Part shown: positions 51,401-63,890 of the stretch, in pieces
Layout of the letters: the number at the start of each line of letters is the position of its first letter
Position numbering within the stretch: the first letter of the stretch is position 1
Source of the DNA: Anthoceros angustus
Taxonomy: Eukaryota > Plantae > Anthocerotophyta
Assembly: GCA_010909165.1 (NCBI GenBank)
Contig: MU008167.1
Span: 1,178,001 to 1,242,000 of the forward strand
Length of the DNA: 64,000 nt
Direction of reading: 5' to 3'
Position numbers and translations under genes: made by a program
The notes under the pieces: model-generated
The model's input: only the letters and a program-made list of their open reading frames with translations
Databases searched by the model: none
Told to the model about the DNA's origin: nothing

Positions 51401-53093
51401 ATTGCTCTCTTGCTCCTCACTCACAACCGCGGGGACTCCAACTACTAGAGAGAAAAAGGAGGGTGGGGGCCCATTTTGGGAAGTAAAGCCCTCCAAACTT
51501 AGGGCACCACTACATGGGTGCCACATGGCTCCTTCCCAACCATCGATCTGGGAAATAATGATGTCTCTTATTGTCTTATCCTAAATTGGTATTTTTCCTA
51601 AATACCTAATTTCCCTTTATTATCCTATTTATCAAATTTATCCTGATTAATATAATTATCTTGAATTATCTCTAATTACCCTATTTAATACCTATTTATC
51701 CTAATCCGCCCATTAATCACATATATAGTCACCCTAACATGCTCCAGTCTCGAACAACCTACGCCCATAGGTTGCCACCTACCGCGGTAAGTGCACCCCT
51801 ACAATGGTAAGTGCCTCTCCCTACGGTGGTCCATTTTTTGCTTTGGCATGAGAGTCCTTAACCTTGCTACCTTGAGTTCCTTGACATACTTCTCAATTGA
51901 TTCTTGCAAATCATGTTTGAACTTTGTTGAGACTTCGCTGTAAAATGCCACTTCTAGTTGAAATGCAGTCATCAAGGCAGCTAGCTCTGGGGGAGAGGCC
52001 CTTTAAGCCTCAGTCTCCTTGTCTTAGACACGAGTGGTCTTGGTCTATGGCCACCATGGCCATGAATTTTCTTCTTCATTCCAGCTTAGTTCCAAGTCTA
52101 GGGTGCTGAAAGACTTCTCGAAAGTCATGAGAATCTAAGCTGCGGACATCATCCTAATCCCTAAAATAGAAATATGAAGGATTAGTGAACCATACCATCT
52201 TCGGGGGTGCTTGAAGCAAAAATGAAGGTACATTTTAGGGCACGCCTAATGCTCTTCAGCAAGTCGCGTTTTCCTTTAAACTTTGCTAGTAGAGATTTGA
52301 GCTCGTTGCTGCTTCTTTCTGCAGGTTCTCCATGATGATCCACTGGAGAAGGCAAAGGAGAGTCAGTCCTCTCACATTTGGACACCGGGACATGTACAAA
52401 CTCCTCTGCATTGAAACTCCTCTCGCTAATATAGTCATTAGTTGAAGCTTCTTGAACGGGTGTTGCAGCCTCCACTGGATCCGCACTCACAGCATCGAAT
52501 GAAGACCGGAAGGCTTGAAATACCGCATGGGTTTCAATTGTTTATCACACCTTCCAGCTAGTGCTTGAAGAAACAGACCCTTAACGAATCACACCAAACG
52601 ATACCTACATCACGAGAAGGACGACTTTCTAGCAGACTCTCGGACATTTCCTAGAGATGCTCCATCCTGGATTGCTGCAAACAAGACCATTATGCAACAT
52701 AGCTAGGATGGATCCTTCAAGTATTTCATTAACAAGGATAAAAAACCACAATTGAAAAAATGAGCTTAGAAGCCGCACAAGAAAATTAACTAACATACTT
52801 CTAATAACTAAGGTTCAGGAACAGTGGTTGATGGAATCTATAGAGGATGGAATCTATAGAGGATGGAATCTTACAAATTAAAGATATCATCCTTAATAAA
52901 CATGAGATGGCCCCTCCATCACAGACTTACTCATTATCACTACTAATATCAATATCACTATCGGATGAGAGAAATCTACCATGCAACGGTACCACTACTT
53001 GCTCGTTTTGAAGCTAGTCGCCCTTGGCCTGGTGCCCTCTAGAGGGTTGTTCCCTTTCGTCTCGGGGTAGATGGGATTTCCCATCTCTTTTTC

Positions 53094-53594
53094 TTACATG
53101 AAGTCTCTATCTCCTTGTTCGTATCTGGCAATAACACGTTGCAACTCACGATACAAGACCGGCCCATCGAATTCATTGTTACCCTGAATTGCATTTTCTC
53201 CGTGTTGTGTAATGATTTGTACACTCCTTATATAAATTGTTATATCTAGCATTCTTCTCCTTGCTACGATATCTTGTATCATTTGATTATCATCTTGAGA
53301 TATTAAACCAACATTGTTGTCTCTTGATTGTAGATTATTATCTTGAGGTATCAAACCAACATTGTTATCTCTTGTTTGTATTGCTCGTCTACATATCGGG
53401 CAATGAATGGGCCTTGGACAACTATGCAACCATGGATCTAAACACATTTTATGAAATTCATGGGCACATAAGTCTATTTTAGTAATTTCCTCGCCCACCT
53501 CAAAAGCATGAAGGCAGATTGGGCAAACCACTTCTGGATCATCAAGTCTTCCAATTTGATAGATAGATAGGTTATAAATCAAATATGGGTCCAT
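53094..53594 (-). CDS. RING-H2 zinc-finger protein (putative E3 ligase), ~166 aa; start codon uncertain
   Basis: CPICLHAFEVGEEITKIDLCAHEFHKMCLDPWL...CPIC is a complete C3H2C3 RING-H2. It is followed by a 13-aa tandem duplication (RDNNVGLI.QD.N). The ORF extends upstream to 53780 in AT-rich sequence. No TM segment was seen. Confidence 0.7.
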   Translation of the reverse strand: MDPYLIYNLSIYQIGRLDDPEVVCPICLHAFEVGEEITKIDLCAHEFHKMCLDPWLHSCPRPIHCPICRRAIQTRDNNVGLIPQDNNLQSRDNNVGLISQDDNQMIQDIVARRRMLDITIYIRSVQIITQHGENAIQGNNEFDGPVLYRELQRVIARYEQGDRDFM

Positions 53595-53929
53595 AACTCT
53601 TAAGAATATTTTACATATGAAATAAGTATTCATAAAAGTATGAGAGTAAATAGTATAAAGATACTTATTGAGTGATCGACTTTCACAGGGAGCTGCTTTA
53701 CATATATAGACCTTCGTGAATATATATCCATACTCTATATATAGGATTAGAATTTTTTTGTTAACTCCTACACTCCTCATGAAATTAGTTCAAACTGAGC
53801 ATTTGATGAAATTAGTTCCAACTAAGCATTTGATGATACTGGCTCAACCTGAGCATTCCATGAAATAATTGGCTCAAGCTGAGCATCGGATGCATTCATA
53901 TGGCTTATGGCCTCTAACCCATCTCAAGC

Positions 53930-55345
53930 TTGACATGTCACTTTTCTTGTGCTGGAGTTTTTATTCTTCTGGAGACAAACTTCACTGCTAATATTGGGTA
54001 CTAACCTGGAGACAAACTTCACTGCTAATATCTGTAGTTGCGAGATCCTAGACTACACAACATATATGCGTTCGTGGATGATACGCTTGTAACATGTCTT
54101 CTGCAGGCACAACCTGATAGTTTGTTGCATTGAGTTTGGAGAAAAGCATTCGAACTGCAGTCTGTGACGGGGCTCATGATTTTTGGATGTGCGCACGTCC
54201 GTCGACCATGAATGAGGTGGCTCTAATCGGACAGGTCACACATGAGAACTTGGTGAAGCTTCATGGGTACTGTTTAGAAGGAGAGGAGATGCAGCTGTTG
54301 GTGTACGAATTCGTAGAGAAGGGCACTTTCCACCAGGCACTCTTTGGTATTCATGAAAGCTGGCACAAATTTGAACTATTGAAGTAATTCAACGTGATCG
54401 AATTCCAAGGACCATGACCAGGATTTATCCATCCAACACTGCCGATCTGTGCCTATTTCCGAGACTGTCGATCTTCGACAAAACGTCTGGAGTATAGGAT
54501 AGCGGGAGTTTTACTTAGAAATTCTGTCCTCGATGACACTGAGGTATACTCACTTTGGACCTGCAACATAGAAATGGCCTCTCTGATGCTGGGCCGCCTC
54601 TGGGGTGTTCCTTGGACACAAAGAGAAGCAATATGCACCAACTTCAACACCTCCTCGGGTCCAGCTTCAGGGTCCTCCTTAATCCTGGCCTGTAGTATGT
54701 CCTGTAGTTCACCGTCTTCATACCTGTAGGCTGTCCCAAGCCGATCCAGATTCAGGTCTTGTTAGTGTTTCAAAAGGGAATGACGTTGATTGCATCCTGG
54801 GTTGTAGCTGGCCGTATACCCATTCGAGCAAAAACACTGGTGCAATGGCGTTTCTGAAGTCCCTGTTTCTTCGACCACTAACAACTTCCAGAACCAGCAC
54901 TCCAAAGCTGAAGGTATCTGCTTTTTCTGTGAGCTGCCGCGCCAAAGCGTATTCAAGGTGCAAGGTAGCCCCTGAGTGCACATGGCATCAACCAACACCA
55001 ACTGGTCAGAAGGGACCTTTTCAGATCCAGATGCGATCCAGATGCAGTAACCATACGATGCTTAAAAGGGACGCATGGGTTACATGGTGCCGACAACCCT
55101 AGAGCTGACATGACTCTACCATACTTGTGTCCCCTGAATTCATCTCCAAATCGTTTACTGGCAGGAGGATGCGTCTGTTTTCTCAGCTTACGAAGACATC
55201 GGAGCTGGCCTCCAAATGTTCTCTCTCGGCGGTAGAAAGTCAACCACAGTGAGATTTGAGGTTCGAAACAAGCTGGGCGAGGGCGGCCTTGAAAATTGTC
55301 CATGAAACCTGCAGCGATAATATTGGGCTCAAGAAGCATTCCTAC
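53930..55345. pseudogene. Scrambled relic of a second 3D-ectodomain RLK
   Basis: 53930-54200 (+) holds the ectodomain end (HVTFLVLEF...SCEILDYTT) and intron 1. 54207-54355 (+) is the second half of kinase exon 4, 54400-55095 (-) is exons 5-7 and 55120-55345 (+) is the exon 3 region. Deletions and frameshifts throughout. Confidence 0.88.
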
Positions 55346-57073
55346 TCTTGAGATACCTGTTGTCTGTGCTAGGCCTCTTTGCATTGTCTCTTCCTTAGCT
55401 GGACAGTGTGAAGGAAGGATGTCAGGTAGCCAAGACAAGAGCACTACATACCGTTGTCGGTAATGGAAACAGTACAAATGACATCACTAAAGCATCTGTC
55501 AAGTAAGGTGAAACAGAGTGGTAGGTTCACTGGAACTTGCCCAAGGAACTTGCCAGAAGAAGGAATTCCTCATTTTCTAAGTCAGCCGGAACTTGGAATC
55601 ACATCTTGAGTCCTCGCCAGCCAACTACCTGTTGTCTAGACACCAACCTTTGGAAACAAAAGTCGGCTTAGCTTCATTTCGATTGTGCAAGAAACAGTAA
55701 GGCCTTGTGCCCTTTAGAACTATTTCAGGAAGGTGGGTGCCCTAGCCTAAGTAGGTCTTGGCCAGGTCTCGCAGCTGGTGTGGGAGACTGCTTGTTCTCA
55801 ACAAGGGTGGATAGCACCCTGTGTCCCTGTGACCCGGGATCATGCAGAACAATGAGATTCGGAAGAATACACGAGTTGCCAGTGCTCGCGAAGGGGAGGG
55901 GGATGGGAATACATACCGAATCAGATGAGAAGGGTACAAAGGCACAGTCAGTAGAAAGTATTACCAGCATAGCGAGACTACTCGAAATGCACCAGATCAG
56001 TCTTATTGCCTGTAGTCCGTCACACACTGGCTTGGCTTCACAAACTAGTTCAGAAGCATGTTTTCTCCTTCATCCACCACTGACAGATTCTCGCACATAG
56101 ATTGATAAGAGCCATCACACGTAAAGCGAGCTGCTGGAGTCGATGCCACCACTTCTGTTGACAGGAGCACATAGCTTCCATGCCGAAGCTCAGATCCTGA
56201 GCCAATGTGGCCGTCAGCTCCAACAAAACATCAGAAAAATCCGAAACCTTCTATGAACAGAAAAAGCTCACCAGGTGACACCTGCGACCGAATTCACAAG
56301 AATGGACTCAGTGAAAATCAAAGATGCCAACAGCTCCAGTCACCTCTCCGTGTCCGGATGAGACGCAATTTTCAGCAGAGGAATTTGAGGCTCTGTGCTT
56401 AGCTTGAATTCTGGGTTCTGCTCCTCAAATCTGAGCTCAATGCATTCTGGGTTCAAACTGTCCCAGGAACGGCTCCTCAATCGAGGAGCAAAGCCCATAA
56501 CTGCTGGAGCCAATTGTGGATCGCATAGCGGCTCAGCCGTTACAGCCTTTGAGGCCTGCCGCATCCTGCAGGCAGCCAAAAAAGGTTCTGATTCAAGGCA
56601 GACGGTCCATTGTTCATCATCTGATGCAGACCGTTCTAAGAGAGACTGCCAGAGTCCAGACCTCCACACCTCCTGAGTGGCTGTTGGTACTTTGTTGCTA
56701 TCGCTGTGGCGATGGGGACCTACAGCCCTTGCTGCAAAGTTTGCAAACACATCCGTCGGGCCTAAGAGGACCCGTGATTAAACTGAGCAATGCGCATCGT
56801 CTCCTAATAATAAGCAAGAGCAGAATCAGGCCGCCAAACCGACTTTCAAGTTTCCAAGGCAGCAATAGAACCATGTGCACTATCTTGATCTGGAACAGAG
56901 GTACATCTTCTAAGGCACCCTACATGCGAAACCCTACTGAGCTTGATCTGAGGACAGGATCAGGTAGGTATCCACATAAACATAAGCTCTGTAGACTCGA
57001 GCGTTTCATCCTAACTGTACAGAACAACTTCTTCAGTCTTGATCATTCTCTGTCGGCCAAGCAAAGATTTCAA

Positions 57074-57163
57074 CTCACAAAGTCTCACAACGTCTCACAA
57101 AGTCTCACAAAGTCTAACAAAGTCTCACAAAGTCTCACAAAGTCTCACAAGTCTCACAAAGTC
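57074..57163. repeat. 10-bp tandem repeat (AAGTCTCACA) x~9
   Basis: Directly visible. It lies just before a block (57190-57280) homologous to the region upstream of the RLK (7850-7940). Confidence 0.95.
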
Positions 57164-58205
57164 ATGTGACATTCAGCCTCGGACCAGATTCTGGAGTCCG
57201 AGCAGCATGGTGTGACAGCACTGCAATCAGAAAGTAACTGGTACCTACCTCAGTTCCTTAGCAGTAGCTTGTCAAAGAGCAGTCTGTCCTGCTCACTTGT
57301 ACAGGTCACTTTTGCTAGTCTTGAAGGAAATGCATGACTTGAGACTGAAGAGAGAGATTTGAACACGCACAGGTCTTCAGTGGACCGTGGATAACTATTG
57401 AAGGGATTCAACTTAATCACAACACTTTGTAGGAATTGGAAAGGGATGGTATGTACGAACTACAGCGTGCAGTGTTGCAAGGCTTCTGCAGCAAGCTGCT
57501 GAAGTACCTGAGGACAAAAAAAAATGCGATTGCGGGCATTGCCGAGCTGCAAATGCTCCGCAATTGCCCCTGTCTCATCTTGGAATCAGAGCTTATTCAT
57601 CGGGCTGACACGCCATCGCACCACACTGGCTTGAAGCTGCACTGCACCTCCATATGACGCTCCTTCGAAGACGAGATTGAAAATCACATCTTAACTAGTA
57701 CATCTCAAGTCTTCGGAATGAAACTATGGTTGTCTTTTACAGGGTATATTTCACATCCCAGCATCATCTCAATCCAAATGCGGCTGTGTATCCCTCAACG
57801 TCGTAGGAATACCAGTCGTCTTCCTGTCCATTTTAAGAAGAGTAGCTTGGCAATGGCTGATGCTTTCATCGGCAGCAGCATGCCGAATTTGTACGCCTAA
57901 TGTGGGAGCCTGGATGCTCTAGACTAGATATCAATGGGTGCTTTGCTACAGAGGAAGCAGTTTCATGAGTCACACATCAAATAGCATGGGCAAACTACAA
58001 GCAAACGTATGAAAAGCTTCATGAAAATTCAAGGCACTTAGTTCCCGATCTGCTTCACCTTCGTAGTCTGTTTTCCATAGCTCGCTGGCTCTCTAGACAG
58101 TGTAGCCCATCCTTTCTAATTCTCAACAAACAAAGGCTACGGTTCTCCTTCTGTTTTCTTTTATGGACAAGCTCTTATGTATGCGGACCTTCAGGGAAGA
58201 CCGGA

Positions 58206-58859
58206 TCAAGTGTAGGAGAGGATTTGGCAATCAGGCTTGATCACGGCATGGACTGTGTCAGGCAGAACTTGCTCCAGTGCCTTGTACTGCGCGAAGTACT
58301 TGACGAAGAAATCGATGTGGCACTCGTCGAAGTAGCCGCGATCGTCCACCCGGACGCATCCGTTGTGGACTTTCCCACTGGGAAGCCTCACGTTATGCAG
58401 CGCCTGAACGTAGAGCTTGGTGAAGGCGGGGAGATCGACGGTGGCCACGCTCACATACGGCACCAGCGCGTTCTCGAACCCGCCTTGTCCGAACGGGTAC
58501 TTCGACCTGTCAAGGATCTCGAACACGTCCGACGCGCTGCCCGCGTTGATGAGGTCCCCGTTGGTGAGAAGGCACGTTCCTTCTTCCACGCACTTGCTGT
58601 AGGTCTTGGCATCCACCCTGGCGATGGTGCTGCCGTCTTCCCCGATGATGGACTTGGTTTTGGGTCCCGTCAAGGTGATGGGTTCCCCGTCGTCGGTCTC
58701 GTCCTGGAAGCCTTCCCTGGCGATCCAGTACTGCGTGAATGTGAGGTCGCTCCGGCCGTTGTAGCAGGATGCGCTGGCTTGGGGCAGAGCTGCCAGCGTG
58801 CATAGGAAGCAAGCAGCCAGTGCAAGACACACGAGCCTGCTGCTGCTGTTGGTGGCCAT
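58206..58859 (-). CDS. Secreted 3D/MltA-like domain protein, 217 aa, intronless
   Basis: MATNSSSRLVCLALAACFLCTLAALPQASA is a signal peptide. The mature domain is homologous to the RLK ectodomain ([45 protein letters not shown]). 3D-type motifs are present: T.YW, SVATVDLPAFTKLYV and VDDRG..HIDFFV. GC-rich coding, intact ORF. Confidence 0.88.
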   Translation of the reverse strand: MATNSSSRLVCLALAACFLCTLAALPQASASCYNGRSDLTFTQYWIAREGFQDETDDGEPITLTGPKTKSIIGEDGSTIARVDAKTYSKCVEEGTCLLTNGDLINAGSASDVFEILDRSKYPFGQGGFENALVPYVSVATVDLPAFTKLYVQALHNVRLPSGKVHNGCVRVDDRGYFDECHIDFFVKYFAQYKALEQVLPDTVHAVIKPDCQILSYT

Positions 58860-59699
58860 CGGTTTCTTGTTCCCTCTTGAGGATGTGTGGATGCGGGAAA
58901 TGGGATGTCCCAAAGGTAGCATAGGATGAGGCAGTGATCATCCGAGAGAGCTGTCTATCGCCCAGCTTCACACCCTTGACAAGCTGGGGCGTGTGAGCTA
59001 CTGGAAGGGGATAGTACAGATCAGTTCCATCTGTCAGTGTCTGGAGTGCGAGTGCTTGACTGAAGTAGCGGAGGTGGGTTCCAGTCCCATCAGTGTCTAC
59101 AATCTGGAATCCTGCAGGGACAGCGTTGAAGCTACTCGCAGGCTGGAGCAGCTCACGCGTATGGCAGTGCAATTGAGCAGTTGGAACTGCGCAACTTCGT
59201 CTCTGTAACATAGTACTACCTATACTATGAATCCCTAAATAGTAGTATGATTCTACACCACTAAACTCTAAACCCAACATTCTCTAACACAAGGAATATG
59301 AAGAGAAGAAAAACCCTAAGCACGCTCTTTAATTTACATAAGAACTGCCCTTTACATATATGTACTTCCAAAACAAAAATCAGAACCACTAAGCATAGTA
59401 GACTTAGAAGAATATCCTGATAATCCCTGAAAATATCCAAAAACTGGATCAATAGGTTCAATCTTCAAACTGGCAAAATATACACCGTGAAAGACATTTG
59501 AGACCTAAGACAAAACACTACAAACCACCGTAAAAAATGGAAACGGTACTAATGACTGAAGAAAGAGAGCAAACGAGATTAAAGCAAATTTCTTAGACAT
59601 GATAAGGAAGAAGTGTATATTTGACATCCCTGCATCGTCTTAATCCAAATGTGGCCATGTTATCTCTCAAAAGTTGTAGGAATCCAATTAGCTTATCCA

Positions 59700-62600
59700 G
59701 CATTACCATATCCAGCACCTTGTAGGATTGTCGACGTCCAAGGACCATGACCAGGATTTAACCATCCAGCACTCCCGATCTGTACCTATTTCCGAGATGG
59801 CAAAAACTGACAATCATCGACAAAACTACTGGCCTGTAGGATAGCAGGAGTGTTACTGAGAAATTCTGGCCTGAATGGCTCTGAGGTGCACTCACTGTGG
59901 CCCTGCAACATAGAAATGACCTCTTTGATGCTGGGCCGCCTCTGGGGTGTTCCTTGGGCACAAAGTAGAGCAATGTGCACCGACTTGAACACCTCCTCTG
60001 CTGCAGCTTCAGAGTCATCCTTGATCCTGGGGTCAAGTATGTCCTGTAGTTTACCATCTTCATTCCTGTCCCAGGCTGCAGATTCAGAACTTGTTAGTGT
60101 TTCAAAATGGACTGAACATTGCATTATTGATTGGTCCTGGGTTGTAGCTGGAAGACCCATTCCAGCAGAAACACTGGTGCCCTGGCGTCCCTGAAATCCA
60201 TGTTTCTTCGACCATTAACAACTTCCAGAACCAGCACTCCAAAGCTGAAAATATCAGCTTTTTCAAGGCGTATTCAGGTGCAAGGTACCCTTTCAGTGCA
60301 CATGGCATTAACCAACAGTACCAACTGGTCAGAAGGGACCTTTCCACATCCAGATCCAGTCACCATTTGATGTTAAAAAAGTGATGCATTGCTTACGCCG
60401 GCAAACCTAGTGCTGACATGACTCTTCTCTTCTACAAAGAACTTGGTCGGACCGAACTCAGAGATTTTTGGCTGCAAGTTTTGTCTAGGAGCACATTGCT
60501 GGCCTTGATACCACGATGGACTATCCGTCTCTTACTTTGATGAAGGTAAGCCAGACCTTTGGCAGTTCCCAGAAGCCTAAGTTGTCACACACAAGCCGCC
60601 TGGTGACGACTTGGGTGTTCCATGGTCATTGCCGGTCATTGCCCTGGTCACTCTGTGAGCCTTCACCCTTGTGCCCGTTGAATTCATCTCCACCTGGCTA
60701 ACTGGCACAAGGATGCGTCCGGTTCCTCAGCTTACAAAGGCATCGGAGCCGGCCTCCAAATGTATTCTCTCAGTGCTATAAAGTCAGCCACAGCGAGATT
60801 TGATGTTCGAAACAAGCTGGGCGAGGGAGGCTTTGGAATTGCATACGAGGTGCATAAAGTGTTCAACCTGCAGCAATGACATTGGGCTCAAGCATTCCTG
60901 ACTAGGTACATAGAGTGGTTGTACTCCTCCCTGGCAGGGAGTTTTGCAGGATGGGACAGAAGTGGCGGTGAAACATATGGCAAAGACCTCAAGTCAAGGA
61001 ACACCCGAGTTTATGAATTAGGTGGCTCTAATTGGACACTCACAGCATGAGAACTTGGTGAAGCTTTTTGTGTACTGTCTAGAAGCAGAGGAGGGGTTAT
61101 TGGTGTACGAATTCATGGAGACGGGCCACCTCCACCAAGAACTCTTTGGTATTCATGAAAGCTTTAGCTTCATTCATTGTTGCACCTGTAGAGACCGGCA
61201 TCCGCTCTCCGGAAGCCTTTCAACATCGTTCTTGAACTGCCAAAGGTCTGGCATGCCCTTCATCAAAGTCAGAGACGGATATTTCATCGTGATATCAAGG
61301 CCAGCAATGTGCTCCTAGGCCAAAAGTCTGCGACTTCGGTCTGGCCAAGTTCAGAGGAGAAGAGACATGTCAGCACTAGGGTTGCCGGCACCATGCATCA
61401 CTTTCAAGCATCAATTGGTTACTGAATCTGGATGCGGAAAGGTCCTTCTGACCAGTTAGTGTTGGTTGATGCCATGTGCACTCAGTGTTAACCAGTGTTT
61501 CTGCTCGAATGGGTATCGTCCAGCTACAACCCAGGACCAATAGATAACGCAATGTTCAGTCCCTTTGAAACACTAACAAGTCCTGATTCTGCAGGCCTGG
61601 GACAGGTATGAAGAAGGTAAACTACAGGACAGTTGACCAGGATCAAGGATTACCTTGTAGGATTGTCGACGTCCAAGGACCATGACCAGGATTTAACCAT
61701 CCAGCACTCCCGATCTGTACCTATTTCCGAGATGGCAAAACTGACAATCATCGACAAAACTACTGGCCTGTAGGATAGCAGGAGTGTTACTGAGAAATTC
61801 TGGCCTGAATGGCTCTGAGGTGCACTCACTGTGGCCCTGCAACATAGAAATGACCTCTTTGATGCTGGGCCGCCTCTGGGGTGTTCCTTGGGCACAAAGT
61901 AGAGCAATGTGCCGACTTGAACACCTCCTCTGCTGCAGCTTCAGAGTCATCCTTGATCCTGGGGTCAAGTATGTCCTGTAGTTTACCATCTTCATTCCTG
62001 TCCCAGGCTGCAGATTCAGAACTTGTTAGTGTTTCAAAATGGACTGAACATTGCATTATTGATTGGTCCTGGGTTGTAGCTGCACCAGAAGAGGTGTTCA
62101 AGTTGGTGCATATTGCTCTATTTTGTGCCCAAGGAACACCCCAGAGGCGGCCCAGCATCAAAGAGATCATTTCTATGTTGCAGGGCCACAGTGAATGTAC
62201 CTCAGTGCCATCCAGGCCAGAATGTTGAGTAACACTTCTGCTATCCTACAGTCCAGTAGCTTTGTCGAAGACTGGCAGTTTTGCCACTTCGGAAATAGGT
62301 ACAGATTGGGAGTGATTGGTGTTGACAATTCTATCCAAACTTGGGTTACGGCAACCCCTTCAAACCAAGTCTCACAGATTTTTGGCTGCAAGTTTTGTCT
62401 AGGAGCACATTGCTGGCCTTGATACCACGATGGACTATCCGTCTCTTACTTTGATGAAGGTAAGCCAGACCTTTGGCAGTTCCCAGAAGCCTAAGTTGTC
62501 ACACACAAGCCGCCTGGTGACGACTTGGGTGTTCCATGGTCATTGCCGGTCATTGCCCTGGTCACTCTGTGAGCCTTCACCCTTGTGCCCGTTGAATTCA

Positions 62601-63890
62601 TCTCCACCTGGCTAACTGGCACAAGGATGCGTCCGGTTCCTCAGCTTACAAAGGCATCGGAGCCGGCCTCCAAATGTATTCTCTCAGTGCTATAAAGTCA
62701 GCCACAGCGAGATTTGATGTTCGAAACAAGCTGGGCGAGGGAGGCTTTGGAATTGCATACGAGGTGCATAAAGTGTTCAACCTGCAGCAATGACATTGGG
62801 CTCATGAAGCATTCCTGACTAGGTACATAGAGTGGTTGTACTCCTCCCTGGCAGGGAGTTTTGCAGGATGGGACAGAAGTGGCGGTGAAACATATGGCAA
62901 AGACCTCAAGTCAAGGAACACCCGAGTTTATGAATTAGGTGGCTCTAATTGGACACTCACAGCATGAGAACTTGGTGAAGCTTTTTGTGTACTGTCTAGA
63001 AGCAGAGGAGGGGTTATTGGTGTACGAATTCATGGAGACGGGCCACCTCCACCAAGAACTCTTTGGTATTCATGAAAGCTTTAGCTTCATTCATTGTTGC
63101 ACCTGTAGAGAGACCGGCATCCGCTCTCCTGGAAGCCTCGGTTCAACATCGTTCTTGGAACTGCCAAAGGTCTGGCATGCCCTTCATCAAAGTCAGAGAC
63201 GGATATTTCATCGTGATATCAAGGCCAGCAATGTGCTCCTAGGCCAAAAGTCTGCGACTTCGGTCTGGCCAAGTTCAGAGGAGAAGAGACATGTCAGCAC
63301 TAGGGTTGCCGGCACCATGCATCACTTTCAAGCATCAATTGGTTACTGAATCTGGATGCGGAAAGGTCCCTTCTGACCAGTTAGTGTTGGTTGATGCCAT
63401 GTGCACTCAGTGTTAACCAGTGTTTCTGCTCGAATGGGTATCGTCCAGCTACAACCCAGGACCAATAGATAACGCAATGTTCAGTCCCTTTTGAAACACT
63501 AACAAGTCCTGATTCTGCAGGCCTGGGACAGGTATGAAGAAGGTAAACTACAGGACAGTTGACCCAGGATCAAGGATTACCTTGTAGCTGCACCAGAAGA
63601 GGTGTTCAAGTTGGTGCATATTGCTCTATTTTGTGCCCAAGGAACACCCCAGAGGCGGCCCAGCATCAAAGAGATCATTTCTATGTTGCAGGGCCACAGT
63701 GAATGTACCTCAGTGCCATCCAGGCCAGAATGTTGAGTAACACTTCTGCTATCCTACAGTCCAGTAGCTTTGTCGAAGACTGGCAGTTTTTGCCACTTCG
63801 GAAATAGGTACAGATTGGGAGTGATTGGTGTTGACAATTCTATCCAAACTTGGGTTACGGCAACCCCTTCAAACCAAGTCTCACAGATGG
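59700..63890. pseudogene. Mosaic of RLK kinase pseudogene blocks in both orientations
   Basis: 59700-60578 (-) holds exons 5-7 and 60660-61655 (+) exons 3-7, with an in-frame TAG at ~61020 and frameshifts. 61656-62081 repeats 59720-60150. 62376-63583 repeats 60453-61655 and 63584-63888 repeats 62077-62385. Confidence 0.9.

Noticed and set aside
56516-57169. 217-aa ORF with HHLMQTVLRETAR, faintly like an NLR MHD motif
   Set aside because: There are no P-loop, kinase-2, GLPL or LRR patterns, so a single weak motif is insufficient.
58224-58805. 193-aa plus-strand ORF
   Set aside because: It is the antisense shadow of the GC-rich secreted gene on the minus strand.
58206-58859. Bacterial or fungal contaminant sequence
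   Set aside because: Homologous copies are interleaved with intron-bearing plant kinase exons, and the flanks are duplicated at 12.2 kb. Read-level confirmation is still advisable.
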